In this document: piece by piece, positions 48,129-59,281 of the stretch | Numbering within the stretch: the first letter of the stretch is position 1 | Layout: every line of letters begins with the position of its first letter | NCBI GenBank assembly: GCA_039188975.1 | Contig: JBCCYT010000002.1 | Location: 3,021 to 67,020 of the forward strand | DNA from: Actinomycetota bacterium | GTDB lineage: Bacteria > Actinomycetota > Acidimicrobiia > Acidimicrobiales > Aldehydirespiratoraceae | Direction: 5' to 3' | DNA: 64,000 nt | Made by a program: the position numbers and the translations under genes | The notes under the pieces: generated by a model | The model's input: the letters and a program-made list of their open reading frames with translations, nothing else | The model's database searches: none | Told to the model about the DNA's origin: nothing

Positions 48129-51100
48129 GTGAGCGACTCTCGTCTCGTCCCCGCACCCCTCAGCGACCTTCTCGATCTGCTCAGCGATGAGCCAGCGATC
48201 GACGCGGCCCTCGGCCGCCGGGACCCGGTTCTCGCGGTCGCCGACCCCGGTCGGGCGCTGGTTCTCGCAGGGCTCGTCGCGGCGTCCGATCGTCGTCCGG
48301 TGCTCGTGGGTACGCCCACCCAGGCCGAAGCGGAGCGCCTCGCGGTCGACGCCGCGGCGATCCTCGGCGCAGATCGGGTTCTGCACTTCCCGGCCTGGGA
48401 GACGCTGCCGTTCGAGCGTGTCTCGCCCGGTGTCGAAACCATGGGGCAGCGTCTCGAGGTCCTGCATCGGCTTCGAAGCGATCGCCCGCCGTCGCTGGTC
48501 ATCGCCTCGGCCCGGGCACTGATTCAACGAATCGACCCCGAGGCGGGCCGACCGCCGATCGTTGTGCAGCCGGGCGACCAGATCGATCCGGTGGCACTCG
48601 TCGCAGAGCTGGTCATGCTCGGGTATCGGCGAGAGGGCCAAGTCGAACACCGCGGTGAGGTCGCCGTTCGCGGTTCGATCGTCGACGTGTATCCCAGCAC
48701 TGCCGATGCGCCGGTGCGCATCGATCTCTGGGGTGATGAAGTCGACCGGCTGACCGAGTTCGCGGTGGCTGATCAGCGCTCCACGCAACCGGTCGATTCG
48801 GCGACCATCTTCCCCTGCCGAGAGTTCCGGCCCACCGAGTCTCGGCGAGTGCGGGCGGAGGATCTGGTCGCCGAGGAACCGTGGGGCCGTGAGCAATGGG
48901 ATCGGTTCGCCGACGGGGCGCTGTTCGACGGTATGGAGTCGTGGCTGCCCTGGCTCGTCGAGGGCGAGCATCTCGTCACCGACCTCATCGGGGACGACGG
49001 GCTGATCGCGTTCGTCGAGCCCCGACGGGTTCGAGACCGAGCGGCAGAGATTCTGGCGGAGGAGGCTGATCTGGCTTCGACGCTTGCCAAGACGTGGGAT
49101 GTCGCGGCCGACGAGGTCCATCGCCTGCACCTCGATTTTGATCGCCTGCTGGCGGTGACGGGCGCCCCGTCGTGGTCGATCCTGGCGACCCCGGACAAGC
49201 CGTCGACCCCGGTGGTCGCTGCGTCTGGGTGGGAGCCGGTGGTCGGCGACCTGGCGCCGACGATCAACCACATGCGGACACTGCTCGCTGACGGATATCG
49301 GGTCGTGGTTGCCGCTGACGGCGAGGCGAGCGCAAACCGCCTGTCGGATCTGTTGGCCGAACACGATGTGGCGGTGCCGGTGCGGAGCGGGCCGACCAAG
49401 GTCGGCGAGACGCCGCCTCCGGGCAGCGTGATCGTGGCGCCCATCGATCGTGGGGCGATCCTCGCGGACATCAAGCTCGCCGTGATTGCGGAATCGGACC
49501 TCACGGGCCGGCGTCGCACGCATCGTCAGGCCCGGCGACGTACGCGCGACACCCAGCGGTTCTTCGAGGATCTGCGCGAGGGCAGCTACGTCGTGCACCA
49601 TCAGCATGGCGTGGCCCAATTCGGCGGAATGGTCACCCGAGCGATCGGCGGGAATGAACGCGACTACCTGCTGCTCGAGTACCGAGGAGGCGACAAGCTC
49701 TACGTGCCGTCTGACCAAATCGAGTCGGTTCGGCACTACACCGGGGGCGACACTCCTTCGCTTTCGAAGATGGGTGGGTCCGACTGGAACCAGACCAAGG
49801 CCAAAGTCCGGTCGGCGGTCCAAGAAATCGCCCAGGAACTCGTGGTGCTGTACCAGAGGCGAGTGACGAGCTCGGGCCACGCCTTTGCCGCCGACACCCC
49901 CTGGCAAGGGGAGTTCGAGGCCTCGTTCCCGTTCCAGGAGACCACTGACCAGCTCAATGCGATCGTCGATGTCAAGAACGACATGGAGATCGAGTCGCCC
50001 ATGGATCGCCTCGTCGTCGGCGATGTCGGCTTCGGCAAGACCGAGGTTGCGATGCGGGCCGCGTTCAAAGCAATCCAGGACGGCAAGCAGGTTGCGGTGC
50101 TCGTGCCAACGACACTGCTCGCTCAGCAGCATCTCACCACCTTCAGTGAACGCATGGCGCCGTACCCGATTCGGGTCGAGGTGCTGAGCCGGTTCCTGAC
50201 GACCAAGCAGGCCAAGGAGGTCACTGACGGGCTCAAGGACGGCGAGGTCGACCTCGTGATCGGCACCCATCGACTCTTGGGTGGCGAGATCGGCTTCAAG
50301 AACCTCGGCCTCTTGATCGTTGACGAGGAACAACGATTCGGTGTCAGTCACAAAGAAGCGATCAAGGAACTCCGCACCGACGTCGACGTGTTGACGCTCA
50401 CGGCGACACCGATCCCACGGACCATGGAGATGTCGCTCACCGGGATTCGCGACATGTCGCTACTCACTACTCCACCGGCCGATCGGCAGCCGATCTTGAC
50501 CTATGTCGGCGAGTACGAAGAGCGGGCGGTCGCCGAAGCGATCCGCCGAGAGCTCCTGCGGGAGGGCCAGGTCTTCTTCGTGCACAACCGGGTTCGCGAC
50601 ATCGAGCACGTTGCCGAGAAGTTGCGCAATCTCGTCCCCGAGGCGCGGGTTGCGATCGCCCACGGCCAGATGGACGAAGGCACGCTGGAGCGGGTCGTCA
50701 TCGACTTCTGGGAAGGGAACTACGACGTATTGGTCTGCACGACGATCATCGAGTCGGGCATCGACATGCCGACGGTCAACACGCTCGTGGTCGATCGGGC
50801 CGATCGCCTCGGCCTGGGCCAGCTCCATCAACTTCGAGGTCGCGTGGGCCGCGCTGGTCAGCGGGCCTACGCCTACCTGTTCCACCCGGTCGATCAGATC
50901 CTGAGCGAGGAGGCCTACGAGCGGCTCAAGACCATCGGCGAGGCCACCGAGCTCGGTTCTGGCTTTCGCATCGCAATGCGCGATCTCGAGATCCGGGGCG
51001 CCGGCAATCTGCTCGGCACCGGCCAGTCGGGGCACATTGCTGCGGTTGGCTACGACCTCTACTGCCAGATGGTCACCGAGGCGGTCGGTGAGTTGAAGGG

Positions 51101-51623
51101 CGAGTCGGCGAAGGAGCCGGTCGAAATCGCGATCGAGGTGCCGGGCGACGCACATCTGCCCGACGACTATGTCCTCAAAGAGACCAACCGGCTCGAGGCC
51201 TACCGGCGGCTGGCGTCGATCGAGAGCCTCGAAGCGCTCGACGATGTGCGCAGCGAGTGGCTCGATCGCTTCGGTCCGATCCCGAAGCCGGCCGAGGCGC
51301 TCTTGCAGGTCGGGCGCTTACGGGTCGAGTGCGTTCGTTCCGGCGTGCGAGAGATCACGGTGACCAAGGGCCCCGGCTTCGGTGGTCCGGACTGGGTTGC
51401 CCGGCTGTCGCCCGTCCATCTCCCCGACAGCAAACAGGTCCGCATGGAACGGCTGTACTCCGGCAAGGGGAGCGGCAACGCTGCGGTGTACAAAGAGGCG
51501 CTCGGCGAACTGCAGCTGCCGTTGCAAAAGAAGGGCGGTGACATCGTGGATCAGCTGGCGAAGATCATGGACGACCTGATCCCCGACAGCCCCGATTGGG
51601 CCGGTAGCCTTCCCTCCTCGTGA
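48129..51623 (+). CDS. mfd: Transcription-repair coupling factor
   Basis: FPAWETLPFE, GDVGFGKTE, DEEQRFG, TATPIPRT, QLRGRVGR, RDLEIRGAG. Confidence 0.97.
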   Translation: MSDSRLVPAPLSDLLDLLSDEPAIDAALGRRDPVLAVADPGRALVLAGLVAASDRRPVLVGTPTQAEAERLAVDAAAILGADRVLHFPAWETLPFERVSPGVETMGQRLEVLHRLRSDRPPSLVIASARALIQRIDPEAGRPPIVVQPGDQIDPVALVAELVMLGYRREGQVEHRGEVAVRGSIVDVYPSTADAPVRIDLWGDEVDRLTEFAVADQRSTQPVDSATIFPCREFRPTESRRVRAEDLVAEEPWGREQWDRFADGALFDGMESWLPWLVEGEHLVTDLIGDDGLIAFVEPRRVRDRAAEILAEEADLASTLAKTWDVAADEVHRLHLDFDRLLAVTGAPSWSILATPDKPSTPVVAASGWEPVVGDLAPTINHMRTLLADGYRVVVAADGEASANRLSDLLAEHDVAVPVRSGPTKVGETPPPGSVIVAPIDRGAILADIKLAVIAESDLTGRRRTHRQARRRTRDTQRFFEDLREGSYVVHHQHGVAQFGGMVTRAIGGNERDYLLLEYRGGDKLYVPSDQIESVRHYTGGDTPSLSKMGGSDWNQTKAKVRSAVQEIAQELVVLYQRRVTSSGHAFAADTPWQGEFEASFPFQETTDQLNAIVDVKNDMEIESPMDRLVVGDVGFGKTEVAMRAAFKAIQDGKQVAVLVPTTLLAQQHLTTFSERMAPYPIRVEVLSRFLTTKQAKEVTDGLKDGEVDLVIGTHRLLGGEIGFKNLGLLIVDEEQRFGVSHKEAIKELRTDVDVLTLTATPIPRTMEMSLTGIRDMSLLTTPPADRQPILTYVGEYEERAVAEAIRRELLREGQVFFVHNRVRDIEHVAEKLRNLVPEARVAIAHGQMDEGTLERVVIDFWEGNYDVLVCTTIIESGIDMPTVNTLVVDRADRLGLGQLHQLRGRVGRAGQRAYAYLFHPVDQILSEEAYERLKTIGEATELGSGFRIAMRDLEIRGAGNLLGTGQSGHIAAVGYDLYCQMVTEAVGELKGESAKEPVEIAIEVPGDAHLPDDYVLKETNRLEAYRRLASIESLEALDDVRSEWLDRFGPIPKPAEALLQVGRLRVECVRSGVREITVTKGPGFGGPDWVARLSPVHLPDSKQVRMERLYSGKGSGNAAVYKEALGELQLPLQKKGGDIVDQLAKIMDDLIPDSPDWAGSLPSS

Positions 51624-52657
51624 GTACTGATTCGCAGCCTTCGTCTTCCTCTGACGCCGAGTCGCCCGCTGACGCGGGCGCTCCTGGCGATGCCACATCG
51701 GAGTCGGCGCCGCCGTCCACCGTTCGACTCGGCCTCCTCATCGTGTTGATCGCCGGCGTGCTCGGCGCGGCGGTGTGGGCGGTGGTCAATGAGCGAGCGG
51801 GCGACGAGCTTGCGGCCTCGATCGGCGACCGGGAGTACACCGTCGACCAGCTCACGGCCGTGCTCGCCGATGAGCCGACCAACGACGGCGTGATCGCGTC
51901 GCCGGAACGAGCGGCCGAGCGAATCACCAACTTCTTGATCGTCGAAGCGGTTGCCGACGAGCTGACCGCTCGCGATGCGCCCGTCACGGACGGCGACACG
52001 GCCGATGCCATCGCGGCGGTCGAGACCGATCCGCAGTTGCTCACCGACTCCACCACCGAAGCTGGTCAACAGCTCGTTCGAGAGCGTGCCGTTGTCTTTG
52101 CGCTGCAGCGCTATGCGGACGAGATCGCCTTTGCGCAAGCAGGCGACGTCGTCGTCCCCGAGTATCTCTGCTCGAGTCACGTGCTGGTCGAGACCGAGGA
52201 CGAGGCGCTCGATGTCATCGCCGAGCTGGAAGGGGGACTGGCCTTTGCCGACGCCGCCGTGCAGTTCAGCACCGGTCCGTCCGGTCCGAATGGTGGGGAT
52301 CTCGGCTGTGTCGACACGGCGGGTTTCGTCGTGGAATTCGTGGTCGGCGCCCGAGAATCTGGCAGCGGCACGGTGTCGCCCCCGGTGCAGTCACAATTCG
52401 GTTGGCACGTGATCCAGGTGCGGTCGATTGGTGAACTCTCGGCGGAGAACCATCCGGAGATGTCCGAGGCCGAGATCAGTGCGGCGCTGGACGAGGCTGC
52501 GCTTTCGTCCCAGCAGCCGATCGCGCAGCAGGCGTTTGACGATGTGTTGCAGGCGGCCATCGAGACCGTCCGTGTCGGTGCCTATGTCAACCCGCGCTTC
52601 GGCGCATGGGACCCCGAGGTTCGGTTCGTCGTGCCGCCGTCGGGCGTGAGCCGCTGA
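51620..52657 (+). CDS. Membrane-anchored parvulin-type peptidyl-prolyl isomerase (PrsA/SurA-like)
   Basis: TM anchor; SHVLV, GGDLG, SPPVQSQFGWHVI. Confidence 0.85.
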   Translation: MSTDSQPSSSSDAESPADAGAPGDATSESAPPSTVRLGLLIVLIAGVLGAAVWAVVNERAGDELAASIGDREYTVDQLTAVLADEPTNDGVIASPERAAERITNFLIVEAVADELTARDAPVTDGDTADAIAAVETDPQLLTDSTTEAGQQLVRERAVVFALQRYADEIAFAQAGDVVVPEYLCSSHVLVETEDEALDVIAELEGGLAFADAAVQFSTGPSGPNGGDLGCVDTAGFVVEFVVGARESGSGTVSPPVQSQFGWHVIQVRSIGELSAENHPEMSEAEISAALDEAALSSQQPIAQQAFDDVLQAAIETVRVGAYVNPRFGAWDPEVRFVVPPSGVSR

Positions 52658-52662
52658 CCCAC

Positions 52663-54099
52663 GTGGGTCGGCTCACGATCGTCGGGCTCGGCCCCGCCGG
52701 GCCGGAACTGATCACGCCGCAGACGCGCGCCGTTCTCGATCGAGACGTGCCGTGCTGGTTGCGCACGGCACGCCATCCCGCGGCGATCGCCGTTGCTGCC
52801 CCGTCGTTTGATGGTGTGTACGAGTCCGCCGAGCGGTTCGCCGACGTGTATGTCGAGATCTGTGAACGACTCGTCACCGAGACCGATCGTCATGGTGAGG
52901 TCGTGTATGCCGTGCCTGGCTCGCCGCTGGTGCTCGAGCGGACGGCGGCGCTGCTTCGAGACGACGACCGGGTCGAGGTGGAGTTGTTGTCGGCGGTGTC
53001 GTTCCTCGATCTCGTGTGGGCTCGTCTGGCCGTCGACCCGGTCGAGGCTGGTGTCCGGCTCGTCGATGGTCACGTCTTCGCGACCGCTGCGGCTGGTCAG
53101 ACAGGTCCGCTCTTGGTCGCCCACACCCATGCCAACCATGTTCTCTCCGACATCAAGCTGGCGTTCGAGCAACCGCCTCCGGGGGCGATCTTGCTCCACC
53201 ATCTCGGGTTGCCTGATGAGTCGATCGTCGAGGTGACCGACTGGGCCGAGATCGATCGCACGCTCGAGGCTGATCATCTCACGTCGTTGCTGATCCCCGA
53301 GGTTGTCGAACCAGTGGCCCAGGAGTTCGCCCGGTTCGATGAACTCGTACGGGTACTTCGCGATGAATGTCCGTGGGATCGCAAGCAGACCCATGCCAGT
53401 CTGCGGACGCACCTCCTCGAGGAGACCCATGAGGTGCTCGAAGCGCTCGACGCTCGTGCAGAGCTCAGCGACGACGATGTCCACCCAGATCTTGATGACC
53501 ATCTGGCCGAGGAGCTCGGTGATCTGCTGTATCAGATCTTCTTCCACGCTCGTCTGGCGGCGGAGCGGGGTGCGTTCTCGGTGAGCGATGTGGCCCGAGA
53601 GGTGCACGACAAGCTGGTGTCTCGCCACCCACATGTGTTTGGCGACGTCGATGCCGCCGACGCGGACGCCGTCGAATCGAACTGGGAGGCGATCAAGGCG
53701 ACGGAGAAGCAGCGTCAGTCGGCTCTCGACGGGATCCCCCCGTCGCTGCCCGGCTTGGCCCTGGCCGCCAAACACCAGGGCCGAGCTGCGAAGGCCGGGT
53801 TCGATTGGGATGGTGGTGTGGAGGTTGCGTTCGCCGACGTCGAGGAGGAGCTGGCGGAGGTCCGCGCCGACCCGTCGGAGGCCGAGGTCGGCGATCTCTT
53901 GTTCGCTGGGGTGCAGGTCGCCCGTCGGCTCGGCGTCGATCCCGAGGCGGCGATCCGGGGTGCGGTGCACCGCTATGCCGCACGCTTCCGAATCGTGGAG
54001 GGACTCGCCGGTTCGACAGAGGCGCTCGCGGCGGCTGACGAGACCCAACTCGGCGTGTGGTGGTCGATCGCCAAGTCGCGCGAATCTTTGGCAGACTGA
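52663..54099 (+). CDS. mazG: Tetrapyrrole-methylase-like/MazG nucleoside triphosphate pyrophosphohydrolase fusion (YabN-like)
   Basis: TIVGLGP...VVYAVPGSP N-domain; CPWDRKQT, LEETHE, EELGDLL, RHPHVF, GFDW. Confidence 0.9.
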   Translation: MGRLTIVGLGPAGPELITPQTRAVLDRDVPCWLRTARHPAAIAVAAPSFDGVYESAERFADVYVEICERLVTETDRHGEVVYAVPGSPLVLERTAALLRDDDRVEVELLSAVSFLDLVWARLAVDPVEAGVRLVDGHVFATAAAGQTGPLLVAHTHANHVLSDIKLAFEQPPPGAILLHHLGLPDESIVEVTDWAEIDRTLEADHLTSLLIPEVVEPVAQEFARFDELVRVLRDECPWDRKQTHASLRTHLLEETHEVLEALDARAELSDDDVHPDLDDHLAEELGDLLYQIFFHARLAAERGAFSVSDVAREVHDKLVSRHPHVFGDVDAADADAVESNWEAIKATEKQRQSALDGIPPSLPGLALAAKHQGRAAKAGFDWDGGVEVAFADVEEELAEVRADPSEAEVGDLLFAGVQVARRLGVDPEAAIRGAVHRYAARFRIVEGLAGSTEALAAADETQLGVWWSIAKSRESLAD

Positions 54100-54177
54100 C
54101 GGCTCGGGGAGGCGGAGAACCCGAGTGTCTCGCGCGCCTCGCGCGGGCTCCCTCACCCCTCGCGCGAAGACCACTAG

Positions 54178-55530
<1,353 letters not shown>

Positions 55531-55532
55531 AG

Positions 55533-55943
55533 ATGGCTTCTCGTTCTCGTACGGCGGCGGGATCGGCCCGCAAGAACCCGGCCCGCGGCGCCCCGTCGCG
55601 GACGGCGAAGCGTGCGCCGCGTCCTGTCGAGAAGTCGAGAGGCACCGCTCGTCGATCGTCGTTTCGTTCCGGCCTCACCGTCCGGGCGGCGTTGATCGCG
55701 CTCACGCTCGTGGCAGGCGGGGTGCTTGCGTACATTCCGGTCACCGACTTCCTCGACCTCCGGGGTGAACTTCAAGACCTCGAAGACGAGGGCGATCAGC
55801 TGCGGGTCGAACTCGATGTTGCGGAGCGAAACGTCCGTGTCGCCGAGAGCCGCAACGCCGAGCGGGCCCGGTGCTATGCGAACTACGTCACCCCGGGGTC
55901 AGAGAGCTATTCGATTCCCGGAAGTTCCGGTTGCGTGCAGTAG
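55533..55943 (+). CDS. Septum formation initiator (FtsB/DivIC-like)
   Basis: Basic N-tail, one TM, coiled coil, AR...YVTPG.E.Y; lies directly after eno. Confidence 0.75.
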   Translation: MASRSRTAAGSARKNPARGAPSRTAKRAPRPVEKSRGTARRSSFRSGLTVRAALIALTLVAGGVLAYIPVTDFLDLRGELQDLEDEGDQLRVELDVAERNVRVAESRNAERARCYANYVTPGSESYSIPGSSGCVQ

Positions 55944-55953
55944 ACCAGAGATC

Positions 55954-56907
55954 ATGAGCAGGTCGTCGTCGCCCGTGGTCGCCCGTGGATTGGTTCGGCG
56001 TTTTGGCGACCTCACTGCGGTGGCCGGTATCGATCTCGACGTCGGCGAGGGCGAGATCTTCGGCTTTCTCGGGCCGAACGGTGCGGGTAAGTCGACCACG
56101 GTGCGAATGCTGGTGACCCTGCTGGCCCCCAGCGAAGGCCAGGCGCTGGTCGCCGGCTACGACGTTGCGACGCAGCCAATGGAGGTGCGTCACCGGATTG
56201 GTGTGGCCCTCCAGGACGCCGCAATCGACCCGCTCATGTCCGGCAACGAGTTGTTGCGCCTCCAGGCGGTGATGCACGGCTTGGGAAGCAAGGAGGCGAT
56301 GCGACGGTGCGGTGAACTGCTCGAACGGGTGGGCCTGACCGCCGCGGCTGACCGTCGGGTCGGTACCTACTCCGGCGGTATGCGTCGCCGGCTCGACCTG
56401 GCCCTCGCCCTCGTTCACCGGCCAGAGGTGCTGTTTCTCGACGAGCCGACCACCGGGCTCGACCCAACCAGTCGCCAGGCGGTGTGGGAAGAGGTCCGCT
56501 CGTTGAACGACGAGGGCACGACCGTGTTCTTGACGACGCAATACCTCGAAGAGGCCGATCAGCTTGCCGGGCGGATTGCGATCATCGACCAGGGCATGAT
56601 CGTGCGCGAGGGCGACCCGGCGGCGCTCAAGGCGGCGGTGGGGGATCCGACCCTCCGTCTCGAGGTGGCCGATTCGAGTCGCTTCGAGGACGCCCGAACG
56701 GTGCTCGCGACATTTGGACCGCAACGACCAGCACGAACCGGCCGAGTTGCGATCGGACTGCAGGGCGGGACCAGCTCACTGGCCAGCGTGATCCGCGCGC
56801 TGGACGATGCCGGCATTGTGGTTGGTCATGTCGAAGTCGACTCTCCGAGCCTTGACGATGTGTTCGCCGACGCAACCGGACGGCGGCTCGAGGGCGCTGG
56901 GTCGTGA
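55954..56907 (+). CDS. ABC exporter ATP-binding protein (DrrA-like)
   Basis: GPNGAGKST, YSGGMRRRL, LFLDEPTTGLDP, TTQYLEEAD. Confidence 0.92.
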   Translation: MSRSSSPVVARGLVRRFGDLTAVAGIDLDVGEGEIFGFLGPNGAGKSTTVRMLVTLLAPSEGQALVAGYDVATQPMEVRHRIGVALQDAAIDPLMSGNELLRLQAVMHGLGSKEAMRRCGELLERVGLTAAADRRVGTYSGGMRRRLDLALALVHRPEVLFLDEPTTGLDPTSRQAVWEEVRSLNDEGTTVFLTTQYLEEADQLAGRIAIIDQGMIVREGDPAALKAAVGDPTLRLEVADSSRFEDARTVLATFGPQRPARTGRVAIGLQGGTSSLASVIRALDDAGIVVGHVEVDSPSLDDVFADATGRRLEGAGS

Positions 56908-57704
56908 CGGCCACCCCTCGGTCGAGCTGGGTGATCGGCGTTGAACAGACTCGTGCGCTTGCCGCTCGCTCGGTGCGCAATACCGCCCGGGAACCATCGG
57001 CCTGGGCTCCGGCCATGATCTTCCCGCTGCTCTTGGCGGTGATCTACAGCGCTCAGTTCTCCCGGGCGGCAGAACTGCCGGGGTTCCCAGAGGTCGACTC
57101 GTTCTTGCAGTTCATCCTCCCGGCATCGGTCCTCCAGGGGGTCTCGTTCTTCGCGGGCGATGTCGGCACGGGCATGGCGACCGACATCCAGACCGGTTTC
57201 TTTGACCGGCTCGTGATGTCACCCACCGGGCGGCTCTCGATCTTCATTGGCCGGCTCGGGGGCTCGATGTTGTTCTCCGCAGGGGTTGCGGCGGTGCTCG
57301 TCGCCGTGTTCTCGGTGTTCGGCGCTCCGGTGCAAGGCGGATTTCTCGCCTCGGTTGCGGTGGTTGTCATCGCTGCCGGCTTGGCTGCGGCGATCGGCGG
57401 GTTCAGCCTTGCCGTGGCGATCAGCACGGGTTCGACCGAGGCGACCCAGGCCATGTTTCCGCTGGTGTTCGTGGCCGTCTTCGTGTCGTCGGCGTTCTTC
57501 CCGACCGAGCTGATGAGCGGCTGGTATCAGCAAGTGGCCGAAGCCAACCCGGTGACGTTGATCGTGAACCCCACCCGCCGAATTGCGCTCGAGGGGTTCT
57601 CGGTTGCTGCGTTCGCGCAGGCCGCGCTGTGGATTGCGCTCCTGGCGGCGGTGTCGTTGGGACTGGCCTATCGCGCGTACCGGACCCGGCTGACGCGCGC
57701 ATGA
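56904..57704 (+). CDS. ABC-2 type exporter permease
   Basis: Six TM helices; FVSSAFFP...W...NPVT. Confidence 0.88.
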   Translation: MTATPRSSWVIGVEQTRALAARSVRNTAREPSAWAPAMIFPLLLAVIYSAQFSRAAELPGFPEVDSFLQFILPASVLQGVSFFAGDVGTGMATDIQTGFFDRLVMSPTGRLSIFIGRLGGSMLFSAGVAAVLVAVFSVFGAPVQGGFLASVAVVVIAAGLAAAIGGFSLAVAISTGSTEATQAMFPLVFVAVFVSSAFFPTELMSGWYQQVAEANPVTLIVNPTRRIALEGFSVAAFAQAALWIALLAAVSLGLAYRAYRTRLTRA

Positions 57705-58507
57705 CGACCACAGCAACCTCATCCACCGCGCTTCGACGCCGTGCATCGCACTGGCCCGCACTGCGAGAGCTCGCTCGCCGCTCGCTGCTACGTCTCGTGC
57801 GGGTTCCGCAACTGCTCATGCCAATGGTTGTGATGCCTGCGTTCTTCGTGACGGCCTTTTCCGGGAGTTTCGACGGCATCTCGCAGGTGGATGGCTTCCC
57901 GACCGACAATCTGATCAATTGGGTCGCGGCCTTTGCGTTGCTCCAGACCTGCTCGTTCGCGGGCATTGGTGCGGCCACGTCGATGGCGACCGACCTCGAA
58001 ACCCGATTCATCGACCGGCTCCTCGTCACCCCGGTCTCACCGACGCTGCTGCTCCTCGCTCCCCTGACCCAGGCGATCGTGCGGTCGTTGGTGCCCAGCA
58101 CTGTCGTGTTGGTGCTGGCCTGGGCCAATGGTGCGTCGATGCCGGGCGGTCCGGTCGGTGTGGTGATGGCCTACCTCGGTGGTGTCTGTGTGGCGTTGGC
58201 GATGGGCTGTCTTGGTGTTGGCATTGTCTTGTTGATCGGGAACTTGCGGGCCATGGCGATCGTGCAGGTGATCGCCTTCGTCTTGATGTTCCCGTCGACT
58301 GGTCAGGTGCCGATCGAGCTGATGGACGGCTGGCTGGCACGCGTCGCCGAGATCAACCCGATCACGCCGCTGTTGGCGATGACGCGCCAGGGGTTCCTGG
58401 GCCCGGTCACCTGGGCGGAGACGTGGCCAGGGTTGATCGTGACCGTGTGCGGCGTGGGTGGGTTCGGCGCGTTCGCTCGGTCCCAGGTGGTTCGCCTGAC
58501 CACCTGA
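57701..58507 (+). CDS. ABC-2 type exporter permease
   Basis: Six TM helices; DRLLVTP, M.GWL....INP; ATGA overlap with the upstream gene. Confidence 0.88.
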   Translation: MTTTATSSTALRRRASHWPALRELARRSLLRLVRVPQLLMPMVVMPAFFVTAFSGSFDGISQVDGFPTDNLINWVAAFALLQTCSFAGIGAATSMATDLETRFIDRLLVTPVSPTLLLLAPLTQAIVRSLVPSTVVLVLAWANGASMPGGPVGVVMAYLGGVCVALAMGCLGVGIVLLIGNLRAMAIVQVIAFVLMFPSTGQVPIELMDGWLARVAEINPITPLLAMTRQGFLGPVTWAETWPGLIVTVCGVGGFGAFARSQVVRLTT

Positions 58508-58522
58508 GGACGGGGGCGAACG

Positions 58523-58963
58523 TCAGGTGAAGCGGATGGCTCGACGGGCGACGGGGGTATCGGTGACGACGTTCGTGATCGTCTCGCCGAACTCGCTGAA
58601 CACCTCGATGACCTCGTTGAGATGGGCGAGGTCGCGACACCATGCACGGATCACGTGACTCTCCGCGCCGGTGACTCGGTTGCACTCGATCACCTCGGGC
58701 AGCTCCGCGGCCCGCTCGCCGATACGGACGGGCGAGCCGTTCGACGTGTGGATGACGCGCATGATCACCAGGATTGGTGAACCGACCGCAGCCGGATCGA
58801 CCGTGGCGGTGTATCCCGTGATGATGCCCTCTCGCTCGAGTCGGCGGACCCGTTCGGTCGCTGCGGGCGCGGAAAGGCCAACCCGCTCGCCGAGTTCGCG
58901 GTAGGACAGGCGGCCGTCCTGGGTGAGTTCGTGCAGGATTCGGCGGGAGATCTGATCGAGCAT
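58523..58963 (-). CDS. Lrp/AsnC family transcriptional regulator
   Basis: LDQISRRILHELTQDGRLSYRELGERVGLS...ERVRRLE; CNRVTG. Confidence 0.92.
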   Translation of the reverse strand: MLDQISRRILHELTQDGRLSYRELGERVGLSAPAATERVRRLEREGIITGYTATVDPAAVGSPILVIMRVIHTSNGSPVRIGERAAELPEVIECNRVTGAESHVIRAWCRDLAHLNEVIEVFSEFGETITNVVTDTPVARRAIRFT

Positions 58964-59103
58964 GGGAAACCTCGTGTCGATGATCACACGGATAGGAAAA
59001 CAAAGGCAAATCAGCCAAGTTACCTTGCTATTCATCAGCAAAGCGAAGAAAAGGCCGCAGGAACCACGATATCCCTCGTCAGCGATTTCGTACGGTGGAC
59101 GCC

Positions 59104-59247
59104 ATGAAGACGAACCGTTCCCTCGCTCAGTTCAACCGCCTGCTCAAGGCCTGGAACGACCACCAGGACCTGCGAGCCAAGGGTGCCCCCATCGCCGAGC
59201 TGGCTGCCTCTCGAGCACGGCTCGACATGATCCGCCACGCAGGCTGA
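59104..59247 (+). CDS. Small hypothetical protein (47 aa)
   Basis: Not in the ORF track. MKTNRSLAQFNRLLKAWNDHQDLRAKGAPIAELAASRARLDMIRHAG; strong G/C bias at third codon positions; TACGGT 7 nt before the ATG. Confidence 0.7.
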   Translation: MKTNRSLAQFNRLLKAWNDHQDLRAKGAPIAELAASRARLDMIRHAG

Positions 59248-59281
59248 GCCCGGTTGACCGGGGTGCTCTACGATTGAGCGC

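Noticed and set aside
47955..50351. 798-aa ORF antisense to mfd (likewise 52582..54804, 40580..42472, 412..1461, 7366..8400, 29523..30818)
   Set aside because: Shadow ORFs opposite well-supported genes. High GC3 suppresses antisense stops, and none has recognisable motifs.
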